Assembly (NCBI GenBank): GCA_965140415.1
Contig: OZ223209.1
Coordinates: forward strand, 4,360,986 to 4,424,985
Direction: 5' to 3'
Length of the DNA: 64,000 nt
From: Myxococcota bacterium
GTDB taxonomy: Bacteria; Myxococcota_A; SURF-8
How positions within the stretch are numbered: the stretch's first letter is position 1; each line of letters begins with the position of its first letter. Both the position numbers and the translations under genes were made by a program. Positions 46,401 through 54,948 of this stretch are shown one piece after another. The notes under the pieces are model-generated. The model ran no database searches. It was not told the DNA's origin and worked only from the letters and a program-made list of their open reading frames with translations.

Positions 46401-46530
46401 CCGGGAATTCAATATCCGGGTACAAATCCACGCCGATACGCGGATAACTCACCGCACCAAACACCACGATAGCCAGAATAACCATCGTGATGAAAACGGG
46501 GCGTTTGATCGATACATCAGAAAGGACCAT
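43408..46530 (-). CDS. RND efflux permease (AcrB/MexB-type, HAE1-like)
   Basis: A 1,040-aa protein. The N-terminus [42 protein letters not shown] is the canonical AcrB-family start. It has the 12-TM architecture with two large periplasmic loops. Confidence 0.95.
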   Translation of the reverse strand: [1040 protein letters not shown]

Positions 46531-46541
46531 CTGTGCCCCCC

Positions 46542-47669
46542 TTAGATTTGCTGCTTAGGCTGGATGTCTTGACCATCCTTCAAATCGTCGACGCCGCTGA
46601 CAATCAACTGATCGCCGCTGGACAATCCCTTGTTCACCAGCACGCGCTCTCCCTGGCTTTCCCCCAGAGTCACAAATACCACCTGAGCCTGTTCGCCTTT
46701 GGCGAGGTACACAAAGCTCTTGTCGTTGATGTCGCGCTTGACGGCGCGCACCGGCACGAGAATCGCCTGATCCACGCGATTGCGTTCCAGACGAATTCGG
46801 CAGAATGCACCAGCCTTGATGTCTCCAGTAGGATTGTCGATGCGCAGCCGCACTTCGAAATTCTGCGCGCCCTGCTGAATACGATTACTGGCGAAGATGA
46901 TTTCGCCGGTGGTTTCCTTATCCGCGTAACCGATCGTGATCTTAGCCTTGTCGCCTTTTTTCACGTGGGCGGCAGCGTCTTCCGGCAGAAACGCCTGCAC
47001 TTCCAAAGAGGAGGCATCCACGATCTTGATCAAGGGCGTCAACGGCATGGAGGGCGCGTATTCGCCGATTTCTTTCAGGATCATGTCGATCACCCCATCA
47101 TAGGGGGCTTTCAATACGGAGTCGGACAGCGCCTTCTGCGCCTGTTCCAAACCGCTTTCCGCCATCTGCAACTGAGCCACGGCACCATCGTACTGCGCTT
47201 TGACACGATCGTAATTCGACTGCGAGGTCGCACTGGATTCAAGCAGTTGACTCATGCGGTCCAGTTCCAGCTTCATTAAATCGGCCTGCGTCCGGGCGGC
47301 CTCGCGGGCGGCTGTGGCTTGCTTGACGCCCAACGAATACCCTCGCTGATCGAAGCGCACAAGCACTTGCCCCTTCTTCACGACATCACCTTCTTTGACC
47401 CGGATTTCTTTAATTGTACCAGGCACTTCGCTGCTCAAAAAACTTTCCCGGAGAGGAAGAGCCGTACCGGTCACTTCGATTTCCGAGGTAAACGGCTCCG
47501 TTTTCAGTTCGATTACACTGACCAGCTTACCTTTTTGATCCAATACCGCCGCCTGGGCCGGAGATTCGACTTTCGCCGGCTGGCAGCTCAACAACACAAA
47601 GGACAGCAGCATCATTGCCAGTAATGCACTGTACCTCGTTTCCACTTGTGTTTGCCTTGGATGACTCAT
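46542..47669 (-). CDS. RND periplasmic adaptor (membrane fusion protein) lipoprotein
   Basis: Lipobox VLLSCQ. It has a biotinyl/lipoyl-like hairpin (VPGTIKEIRVKEGDVVKKGQVLVRFD), a coiled coil and beta-barrel segments typical of the AcrA/HlyD_D23 family. AAGGAG lies upstream. Confidence 0.9.
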   Translation of the reverse strand: MSHPRQTQVETRYSALLAMMLLSFVLLSCQPAKVESPAQAAVLDQKGKLVSVIELKTEPFTSEIEVTGTALPLRESFLSSEVPGTIKEIRVKEGDVVKKGQVLVRFDQRGYSLGVKQATAAREAARTQADLMKLELDRMSQLLESSATSQSNYDRVKAQYDGAVAQLQMAESGLEQAQKALSDSVLKAPYDGVIDMILKEIGEYAPSMPLTPLIKIVDASSLEVQAFLPEDAAAHVKKGDKAKITIGYADKETTGEIIFASNRIQQGAQNFEVRLRIDNPTGDIKAGAFCRIRLERNRVDQAILVPVRAVKRDINDKSFVYLAKGEQAQVVFVTLGESQGERVLVNKGLSSGDQLIVSGVDDLKDGQDIQPKQQI

Positions 47670-47706
47670 GCTCCAAACTCCTTGCTCTGGTTGGTTCTTT
47701 TCGAAA

Positions 47707-49122
47707 TCAATTTAACAGATCGTTGCCCATGCTGAGCATGAGAGCGGTTTCAGCAATCTTGACGTTCATTTCCGCAACAATCAGGTCGTTTTCCGCTTTG
47801 ATCGCCTGGGTCTGGGTACCCAGCAAATCGGTGGTCGTCGCTTCCTGCACTTCGTAGCGCACTTCCTCGATTCGCAGGCTTTCCTTGGCTTGTTTCAACT
47901 GCGCGCTGGCAACTTCCACTTCTTGCAGAGCTTCTTTGAGATCCAGGCGCTTCTGTTCCACCTGCAAGCGTACACCGTCGGTAGCCGCTTGCAGACCGTA
48001 GGTGGCGATGTCGTGCTGGGCGTAGGCGCTTTTCGCTTTGTAGAAATCGGCACCCCACTCCCAGATGTCCCAACTCAACACCAACCCGCCGAAATAGGCG
48101 TGTTTTTGCGACATGTCTCCCAAGCCGCCTGCATATTCATACTGGAAGACGGCATTCAGTTCCGGCAACATGGCCGCGATAGCCGCATGTTTGCCCGCTT
48201 TGGCCGCTTCTTTCTGATGTTGGATGGCTTTCAGCATGGGATGGGTTTGCACCGCCGTACTTTTCTGAGCCTGCAACGAATCGTTCAACAACTGCGTTCC
48301 GACCTGTTCTTCATATACCGGAATCAGTGGAGAATCGAAGCTGCGGCCCATGTACATGTTCAGCGCAGCCTTAGCCAGTTGAATGCCCTTTTCCACCTGG
48401 AAAATATTCTTCTGGATTTCGGCTTTCTGGACCTGAACTTTCAACAAAGCGTTACGCTCGACCAACTCGGCTTCCATGTAAGCTTCGACCTGCTTTTCGT
48501 AGGCTTCCACCTGCTTGTACGCACTTTTCACGGTTTCGAGCATGCGGGTAGCCGAAATCAAGCTGTAATAGGCTTTTGACACGGTGCCTTCGATATCCTG
48601 GCGTTTGGTGTCCCGATTGTAGCGGGCGGCGTCCGTTAACTCGTCGTTGGCCCAATATCCGGAGTAAATCTGGTACAGTTGCGTAAGCGGCTGGGCGACG
48701 GTCACCTTGGCGCCATAAGTAAGCTGCTCGCGCAGCACCATGCTGGTATCCGCCGTCAACAAGGGCTGCAACTGCGCCTGAGTATCTGCCGACAGAAACG
48801 GTCCCATTTCTTCGAACACCGCGCCCAGTGGTCCCATGAAGTCTCCAAGCATGTCGCTTGTAAACTCATCACCCCAGTACAGGAGATTCGCTTCCGCGCG
48901 CACCATCGGCAAGAAACGTCCGCGAATGCTGTTCCGCTCGCCAAGCTGTTTCTCGACTTCGGCGTTTGCTGCCTTCAACTGGCTGTAATTACTAACGACT
49001 TCATTCAGGCATTGCTCCAGGGTCATTCGTTCGGCCCATGCCTGATTCGCGGGAAAAACAACCGTTAGCAGCAATACAACAATCAGCCACATCGGAATTT
49101 TGATCCACACTTTCCGCTTCAT
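47707..49122 (-). CDS. TolC-family outer membrane efflux protein
   Basis: A signal peptide is followed by LTLEQCLNEVVSNYSQLKAANAEVE and a duplicated OEP repeat pattern. ATG 49122 lies 2 nt after the TetR stop. Confidence 0.9.
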   Translation of the reverse strand: MKRKVWIKIPMWLIVVLLLTVVFPANQAWAERMTLEQCLNEVVSNYSQLKAANAEVEKQLGERNSIRGRFLPMVRAEANLLYWGDEFTSDMLGDFMGPLGAVFEEMGPFLSADTQAQLQPLLTADTSMVLREQLTYGAKVTVAQPLTQLYQIYSGYWANDELTDAARYNRDTKRQDIEGTVSKAYYSLISATRMLETVKSAYKQVEAYEKQVEAYMEAELVERNALLKVQVQKAEIQKNIFQVEKGIQLAKAALNMYMGRSFDSPLIPVYEEQVGTQLLNDSLQAQKSTAVQTHPMLKAIQHQKEAAKAGKHAAIAAMLPELNAVFQYEYAGGLGDMSQKHAYFGGLVLSWDIWEWGADFYKAKSAYAQHDIATYGLQAATDGVRLQVEQKRLDLKEALQEVEVASAQLKQAKESLRIEEVRYEVQEATTTDLLGTQTQAIKAENDLIVAEMNVKIAETALMLSMGNDLLN

Positions 49123-49124
49123 GT

Positions 49125-49712
49125 TCAATTCCTCTTTGTTAATCCTTCAAAGATTAGATCCAGATACTCTTTTACTTTTTGTCTTCCCTGCTCGAATGTC
49201 ATGTTTCCCATGAAAATCTGGTTCAACGCTTCATCCATGGAAATATTCAACAATTCCGCCGCTACCGTAGGTCTCCGGCAGGCGATTTCATTACGCTGTA
49301 CACCTTCTAGAATCACTTCAGTAAAGACGTCCACCGCCTGTTTATGATGAAACTTCAGGCCTATCTCGATTTCACTTTTCATTTCCAGCCAGATCTCGGG
49401 AGAAATCGCTTTGCCATCCAGGATACGGATCGTGCTATCCAGAATGCTGTCGAACATCTTTTCGAACGTGTCACGCACCGTCTCGCCAAGCTGCCGCGCC
49501 TTGTCCATTCGAATGAAATGGCTTTCGGCGATCCGATTGATACAAGCTAAAAACAGCTCCCGCTTGCCGGGAAAATATTTGTAAATAGCTGATTTTACTA
49601 AACCTAAGTCACCTGCAATATCCTCTAACCGGCACCTGCGAAATCCATTGTGGAAAAAGTACCGTTCCGCAGCATCCAATATCTGTTCTCGTCTCATGTT
49701 TTCCGTGCTCAT
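49125..49712 (-). CDS. TetR/AcrR-family transcriptional regulator
   Basis: The N-terminal HTH is REQILDAAERYFFHNGFRRCRLEDIAGDLGLVKSAIYKYFPGKRELF. It is the first gene of the efflux operon. Confidence 0.9.
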   Translation of the reverse strand: MSTENMRREQILDAAERYFFHNGFRRCRLEDIAGDLGLVKSAIYKYFPGKRELFLACINRIAESHFIRMDKARQLGETVRDTFEKMFDSILDSTIRILDGKAISPEIWLEMKSEIEIGLKFHHKQAVDVFTEVILEGVQRNEIACRRPTVAAELLNISMDEALNQIFMGNMTFEQGRQKVKEYLDLIFEGLTKRN

Positions 49713-49907
49713 CTTACCACCTGGTGACCAAGTGAACAATTCGTTCATTTGTTCACTATTGCAATAAAAATGTCAAGCGTTTTTTTGTTGAGTAATATTT
49801 TCATGAGAGTAAGCCGGAAGAATAAGCGCACACACCAGCTTATGCCCCAATCGACAAGAGATTGCAGGTCGGGTCAGATGACCCTTTGGATGGTTCAAGG
49901 CTCCCGT

Positions 49908-51231
49908 CCACATCTGTCCGGTTAACTTTAACGCAAACCACAGTAACTATCCAGTATCTTTAACAAAAACACCTCTTTCAATGTGCTTGCGATAGATTTT
50001 CGTTCTCGTGCAAAATGGACTTGTTTTCCATGACCCATTTGCAGGAGGAGCATATGCCTCAAACTGTCTTTTCGCAAGTACTTGATTACTTGCCCAATTG
50101 GCATTTCAGACGTTGTGTCCACCGCTATCAGGGGAACAAGCGCATTCGTACCTTTTCCTGCATGGATCAATTCATCTGCATGGCATTCGCGCAGTTGTCT
50201 TACAGGGAAAGTCTGCGCGACATCGAAGCGACCTTGCGTGCGTTGGGATCAAAACTCTACCGAATGGGGGTTCGAGGAAAAGTATCTCGAAGTACACTGG
50301 CCGACGCCAACGAGCACCGCGACTGGCGTATATACGAAGATCTCGCGCAACCTCTGATACGGCGCGCTCGCACACTGTATGCGGACGAAAAGCTCGGCGT
50401 CGATCTGGATGCCACCGCTTACGCTCTGGACACCACGGCCATCGATTTGAGTTTGTCTCTTTTTCCCTGGGCCAAATTTACACGTCACTATGGATCGCTC
50501 CGACTGCATACGCAGATGGATCTGCGCGGACGAATTCCTACCTTTATTTCCATTACAGACGGTAAAAGCCAGGACAAGCGTCTGCTGGATATTCTGCCCC
50601 TGGAAGCGGGTGCTTTTTACATCATGGATCGCGGATATCTGGATTACAAGCGGATGTATAAAATCAATCAAGCAGGAGCTTTCTTTATTCTTAGAGCACG
50701 AAAGGATACGCACACAAAAAAGATTTATTCTCGTCCTGTTGATAAAAGCACAGGTTTGAGAACAGACCAAACCGTTTCTCTTGTTGATCGCGCTTCCCTC
50801 AAGCGTTACCCCGACCAGTTGCGGCGTATCAATTACACCGATCCGGAATCGAAAAGCCGATTTGTCTGGCTGACCAACGCTTTCGATCTGCCATCGGAAA
50901 CGATTCCGGACTTGTATCGGCTTCGTTGGAGCATCGAAGTGTTTTTCAAATGGATCAAGCAGAATCTACGCATCAAGGCGTTCTACGGGACCAGTGCCAA
51001 CGCGGTGAAAACGCAGGTATGGATTTCGATAACAGTTTACCTTTTAGTGGCGATTTTGAAAAAGGATCTGAATCTCGAGCACAGTTTGATGACGATTCTA
51101 CAGATTTTGAGCGTCACACTTTTCGAGGAAAGCCCCATTTTACAGGTACTGAAGGCAAATGGTGATTCAGCGAAATCCCCCCCTTTCGGTAAACAGTTGG
51201 AATTATTCAATAGTTAACCGGACAGATGTGG
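49908..51231 (+). mobile_element. IS4-family insertion sequence, copy 1 (1,324 bp)
   Basis: Perfect 19-bp terminal inverted repeats: CCACATCTGTCCGGTTAAC at 49908-49926 and its complement at 51213-51231. It has a single transposase ORF whose stop codon lies inside the right IR. Confidence 0.9.
50054..51217 (+). CDS. IS4-family DDE transposase (387 aa)
   Basis: AGGAGG lies upstream of ATG 50054. DDE context is ALDTTAIDL and FYIMDRGY, with the YRLRWSIEVFFKWIK Y-(2)-R-(3)-E-(6)-K signature of IS4-family enzymes. Confidence 0.9.
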   Translation: MPQTVFSQVLDYLPNWHFRRCVHRYQGNKRIRTFSCMDQFICMAFAQLSYRESLRDIEATLRALGSKLYRMGVRGKVSRSTLADANEHRDWRIYEDLAQPLIRRARTLYADEKLGVDLDATAYALDTTAIDLSLSLFPWAKFTRHYGSLRLHTQMDLRGRIPTFISITDGKSQDKRLLDILPLEAGAFYIMDRGYLDYKRMYKINQAGAFFILRARKDTHTKKIYSRPVDKSTGLRTDQTVSLVDRASLKRYPDQLRRINYTDPESKSRFVWLTNAFDLPSETIPDLYRLRWSIEVFFKWIKQNLRIKAFYGTSANAVKTQVWISITVYLLVAILKKDLNLEHSLMTILQILSVTLFEESPILQVLKANGDSAKSPPFGKQLELFNS

Positions 51232-51302
51232 ATATAATCCTGATCCATCGCAAGAGATACTGTCCCGACCATGAAGACAAACGCAAGGAGCAGGACGGGA
51301 GC

Positions 51303-52610
51303 CCACAGCTGTCCCGCTAACTTCCAGGTTCAGCGCTACAACTACTTATTATTACAGATTGAATTTGTGATTATCAGGTGTCCGCGATAGTTTTTCTGCA
51401 TTTCGAATAGTCAAGAAATGCAGGAGATCAAAATGACACAGACTGTCTTTTCGCAAGTGCTCGACTATTTGCCGGATCGCCATTTCCGCCGTTGTGTCAA
51501 TCGCTATCAGGGGAACAAGCGCATTCGTACCTTTTCCTGTATGGATCAATTCATTTGCATGGCATTTGCCCAGCTGGCCTACCGCGAAAGCCTGCGCGAT
51601 ATTGAAGCGACCTTGCGGGCTATTCAGCTGAAACTTTATCACATGGGTCTGCGTGGAAAAGTCTCTCGCAACACACTGGCCAGAGCGAATGAAAAACGCG
51701 ACTGGCGCATTTACGCAGATCTCGCTCAGCCCCTGATACGGCGCGCCCGCGCGCTGTATGCGGACGAGAAGCTCGCCGTCGACCTAGACGCCACCACCTA
51801 CGCGCTCGACACGACAGCGATTGATTTGAGTTTGTCGCTTTTTCCATGGGCCAAATTCACGCGATACAATGGATCATTGCGTCTTCACACGCAAATGGAC
51901 CTTCGCGGACGGATTCCCGCCTTTATTTCCATTACGGACGGCAAGAGCCATGACAAGCGTTTACTGGATATTCTGCCTTTGGAAGCGGGCGCATTTTATA
52001 TCATGGATCGCGGTTATGTCGATTACGGACGCATGCATCGCATCCATCGGGCGGGAGCCTTCTTCATTCTTAGAGCCAGCAAGAACACCAGCACAAAGCG
52101 AATCTATTCACACCCCATCGACAAGAGCTTGGGATTGCGCGCCGATCAGACCGTGAGCTTCGTGGACCGTGCTTCCATTCGACGCTATCCGGATCATGTG
52201 CGGCGAATCAACTACATCGATCCAGAATCGAACACCCGATTTGTCTGGCTGACCAACAACTTTGATCTTTCTTCGGAAACGATTCCGGACTTGTACCGGC
52301 TGCGGTGGAGTATCGAAGTGTTTTTCAAATGGATCAAACAGAATCTGCGAATCAAGGCGTTTTACGGTCGCAGCGCCAATGCGGTAAAGACACAAGTGTG
52401 GATTTCGATTACGGTTTATCTGTTGGTTGCGATTCTGAAAAAGGATCTGAATCTCGAGCACAGTTTGATGACGATTCTACAGATTTTAAGCGTCACGCTT
52501 TTCGAGGAAAGCCCCATTTTACAGGTGCTAAAGGCAAACGCCTCCCTGCCTACCAATATCCCTTTTGGTAAGCAGTTGGAATTATTCAATAGTTAACGGG
52601 ACAGCTGTGG
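51303..52610 (+). mobile_element. IS4-family insertion sequence, copy 2 (1,308 bp, or 1,326 bp if the 28-bp inverted repeat is counted)
   Basis: The IRs are CCACAGCTGTCCCGCTAAC at 51303-51321 and its complement at 52592-52610 (1 mismatch). Complementarity extends 9 bp outward (GACGGGAGC at 51294-51302 and GCTCCCGTC at 52611-52619). Confidence 0.85.
51433..52596 (+). CDS. IS4-family DDE transposase (387 aa), paralogue of 50054-51217
   Basis: It has the same length and motifs as copy 1. Most positions are identical by eye, and the C-terminal third is nearly identical. Confidence 0.9.
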   Translation: MTQTVFSQVLDYLPDRHFRRCVNRYQGNKRIRTFSCMDQFICMAFAQLAYRESLRDIEATLRAIQLKLYHMGLRGKVSRNTLARANEKRDWRIYADLAQPLIRRARALYADEKLAVDLDATTYALDTTAIDLSLSLFPWAKFTRYNGSLRLHTQMDLRGRIPAFISITDGKSHDKRLLDILPLEAGAFYIMDRGYVDYGRMHRIHRAGAFFILRASKNTSTKRIYSHPIDKSLGLRADQTVSFVDRASIRRYPDHVRRINYIDPESNTRFVWLTNNFDLSSETIPDLYRLRWSIEVFFKWIKQNLRIKAFYGRSANAVKTQVWISITVYLLVAILKKDLNLEHSLMTILQILSVTLFEESPILQVLKANASLPTNIPFGKQLELFNS

Positions 52611-52637
52611 GCTCCCGTCTTGAACCTTCGGCTTTCG

Positions 52638-52657
52638 GTCGGGGCTCCTGTCCCGAC
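52638..52657. repeat. REP-like hairpin (GTCGGGGC-tcct-GTCCCGAC)
   Basis: An 8-bp stem including one G-T pair, immediately right of the IS pair. Confidence 0.5.
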
Positions 52658-52846
52658 CACAAAGACAAAAGTCAAACGACGCTTGCCCATGTGACCCTCG
52701 AACACGGGCAAACCTGCGGTTTAGCCCGCGCCACCCTGACTGTTGAATACACAAGCAAAAACGGCAGGCTTACGCTCCGCCGCTACAGAAGTCAAAAAGT
52801 TGTATCGTCTAAAATAATGAGGAACCGCGATAGACCGGAGTTGGGC

Positions 52847-53653
52847 TTAGCCAACCGACAGCATAGAAGAAATCCTATCGGGAGTACAGGTTTCCAAGAT
52901 GCAACGATCCACGGCATAGCAGTATTTCGAGAATCCCCGTTGCTGCAATTCGAAATGCTGGATCATGCGCAGCACCCAGCGCGGAACATCCGTTTCCGTT
53001 TTGATTTCCAGCACGACGGGAGAATCGTCTTCGTTGCACGAAGCCGTTTCGGCATCGTCGAAGTAGACAAAGGTGTCATCCGTTAGGAAGTTAGTATCTC
53101 CATGCGTTGCGCGGGAGGAAATCCCCCGGTCGAAGGTGATTCGACAGTAGTTCTCGTAATCGCTGATATAGGGTTCACGACTGTAACGAACGTGTATAAC
53201 CGGAGCGGCGCCATATCGTAGAACCGCGTTTTCAAACGACTCACGCAAATTGCTCTTGATGACCGCACCGGGGCGCTCGCCGTTTTCCACCATCCGGCTC
53301 GCGGCTTCATCGAAAATGCCTTCCCAGCGATCGTATTCGATTCTGCGTCGCGTCTTCCAGGTAATCTTTTGAAGCTTGTGCTTCACCTCGAGCCACAGGT
53401 ATTTACCCGGCTCGTTGCCGTAAAAACGCACCCGCAACTTGAAGCGATTGAACTGCTTGAATTTCGTATCGTAGTAGAAGCGCAGATCCGGTGTGTCGAA
53501 ATAGAAATTGTTCACGTTGTAGCGATTATCCGGCCCGGCATAGGAATCCGGCGAGCACATGCACTGGATATAATCCCGAATCGCCCGAGCTTTAGACTCG
53601 CTGATGAGGCACTTCGTTTCGTAACGACTGATGACAACTCGTTCATCCTTCAT
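52847..53653 (-). CDS. VTC-domain (CYTH-like, polyphosphate-polymerase domain) protein
   Basis: ISRYETKCLISESKARAIRDYI...YNVNNFYFDTPDLRFYYD...FKLRVRFYG...YLWLEVKHK matches the remembered bacterial VTC-domain pattern (RYE.K..., SLYFDT.D..., KLR.R.Y, LE.K.K). GAGGTGG lies upstream. Confidence 0.8.
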   Translation of the reverse strand: MKDERVVISRYETKCLISESKARAIRDYIQCMCSPDSYAGPDNRYNVNNFYFDTPDLRFYYDTKFKQFNRFKLRVRFYGNEPGKYLWLEVKHKLQKITWKTRRRIEYDRWEGIFDEAASRMVENGERPGAVIKSNLRESFENAVLRYGAAPVIHVRYSREPYISDYENYCRITFDRGISSRATHGDTNFLTDDTFVYFDDAETASCNEDDSPVVLEIKTETDVPRWVLRMIQHFELQQRGFSKYCYAVDRCILETCTPDRISSMLSVG

Positions 53654-53673
53654 GATCCACCTCGATGTAAATC

Positions 53674-54948
53674 CTACTTGGTCAATGAACGCTCGCTTTG
53701 CACCCCTACTATAGTAGACACATTGATGGCTTCAATTGTTACATCGTAAACCGCTTCTTTGAGCATGATTTTCATTTCAATATCCGAAATCTCCAGATCT
53801 AGGATCTCATCCTGTGGCAGTTGCTGCGACTTCGCCTGCTGGATCAGTTGCTCCATTTCACCAAGCGACACTTGTGCCTCTTGCTTCAAAGCCTGATATT
53901 CCCCAAATGCCTGCCGGTATTTCACCATTGCCTTTGAGAGATCCCGGTCGACTTTCGTCTGCTCGGCTTCATGGAAAAGCGAGAGGTTGTTTCGTTCGAT
54001 TTTCGTGGAGCGCAACTTTCCGAGATTCCAGTTGAACAGGGGCACCTCGATTCCCAATACCAGTTCACCCCAATCCGTCTTTTGACTTTCGTAGTGATAG
54101 TTCGCCTCGACGAAGGAAAACCAGGGAATGAGCTTGAAGCGTTCCGCCCGGTAACGACTTTGCGCCAGAGCCATCCTTCGCTTGGAAAGCTCCGCTTCCG
54201 GGCGATTGGAAAACGCCACGGTTTGCAGTGTCTCATCATCCAGCACAAGTTCCACCGGCTCGGATTCAATTACGGTCACGTTCTCTGAAACGCCAACAAG
54301 CCTGGCGAAATGCTTTTTGGTTTCGCTATAGCGACCAGCAATTCCCATGGCCTCGCGCTTGGCCTTGACGAAACGCCGTCTGGCCTTCATGCGATTCCCA
54401 AGCGAACGACTACCTAATTCGCAAAACTTGGAGACGATTTCATTTCGACGTTCTTCCAACTCCTGCTTGCGCTGTGTCAACTCCGTAAGAGATTGCAATA
54501 GAACCAGTTCCGCATAGGTTTCGCGAATGTCGGAGATCACGTCCATCTTCAAGTCGAAGGCATCGACCCGTTCTTCCCAAAGATCGACCTGACTTTCAGC
54601 CTGCTTCTCACTCAACTCGCCGATTCTCGGCAAACGCCAGCGAAGGCCGATTTGGAATTCCTGATTGTCCACGCTCGAATCGAAATACTTCGTGGAAAGA
54701 TCGCGAAAGCGAAGTTCGGGGTTATCGACTTCGAAGCGGGAAAAGTCGGCGACTTTCTTTCTTGCCAGGACCTGTGCGTTTGCCTTGTTGAGTTCGGCAC
54801 TTTTTTCAAGTCCTCGTTCAATCGCAGCGGCTTCGGTAATGACGTTTGTACCTTGTTCGGCAGAGGCCGCCAGACTCGGAAGCAGCAGAAACGCAACGAA
54901 TCCGACCAGCACTGCTTTTTGTAGTGTTGCGTATGTCATGACGATCAC
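53674..54948 (-). CDS. TolC-like outer membrane efflux protein
   Basis: The signal peptide (LLLPSLAASAEQ) is followed by an OEP-type helical repeat pattern (AAIERGLEKSAELNKANAQVLARK...). GTG 54948 overlaps the HlyD stop as GTGA; ATG 54939 is an alternative start. Confidence 0.75.
   Translation of the reverse strand: MIVMTYATLQKAVLVGFVAFLLLPSLAASAEQGTNVITEAAAIERGLEKSAELNKANAQVLARKKVADFSRFEVDNPELRFRDLSTKYFDSSVDNQEFQIGLRWRLPRIGELSEKQAESQVDLWEERVDAFDLKMDVISDIRETYAELVLLQSLTELTQRKQELEERRNEIVSKFCELGSRSLGNRMKARRRFVKAKREAMGIAGRYSETKKHFARLVGVSENVTVIESEPVELVLDDETLQTVAFSNRPEAELSKRRMALAQSRYRAERFKLIPWFSFVEANYHYESQKTDWGELVLGIEVPLFNWNLGKLRSTKIERNNLSLFHEAEQTKVDRDLSKAMVKYRQAFGEYQALKQEAQVSLGEMEQLIQQAKSQQLPQDEILDLEISDIEMKIMLKEAVYDVTIEAINVSTIVGVQSERSLTK

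Noticed and set aside
43793-48579. Long plus-strand ORFs (43793..44179, 44278..45096, 45298..46194, 46533..47279, 47890..48579) opposite the RND, MFP and OMF genes
   Set aside because: They lie antisense to genes with unmistakable AcrB/AcrA/TolC-type translations. Their own translations are Arg/His/Gly-rich low-complexity sequence, typical of shadow ORFs in GC-rich coding DNA.
49885-49907. tRNA T-arm-like GGTTCAAGG string next to the IS pair (possible tRNA-linked insertion)
   Set aside because: I found no acceptor stem, anticodon arm or D-arm on either side. The string is explained instead as one arm of the split hairpin GGTTCAAG...CTTGAACC.
52565-53086. 173-aa plus-strand ORF starting inside the right end of IS copy 2
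   Set aside because: It spans the IS end, REP-like intergenic DNA and the antisense of the VTC gene 3' end. It has no motif and an implausible context.
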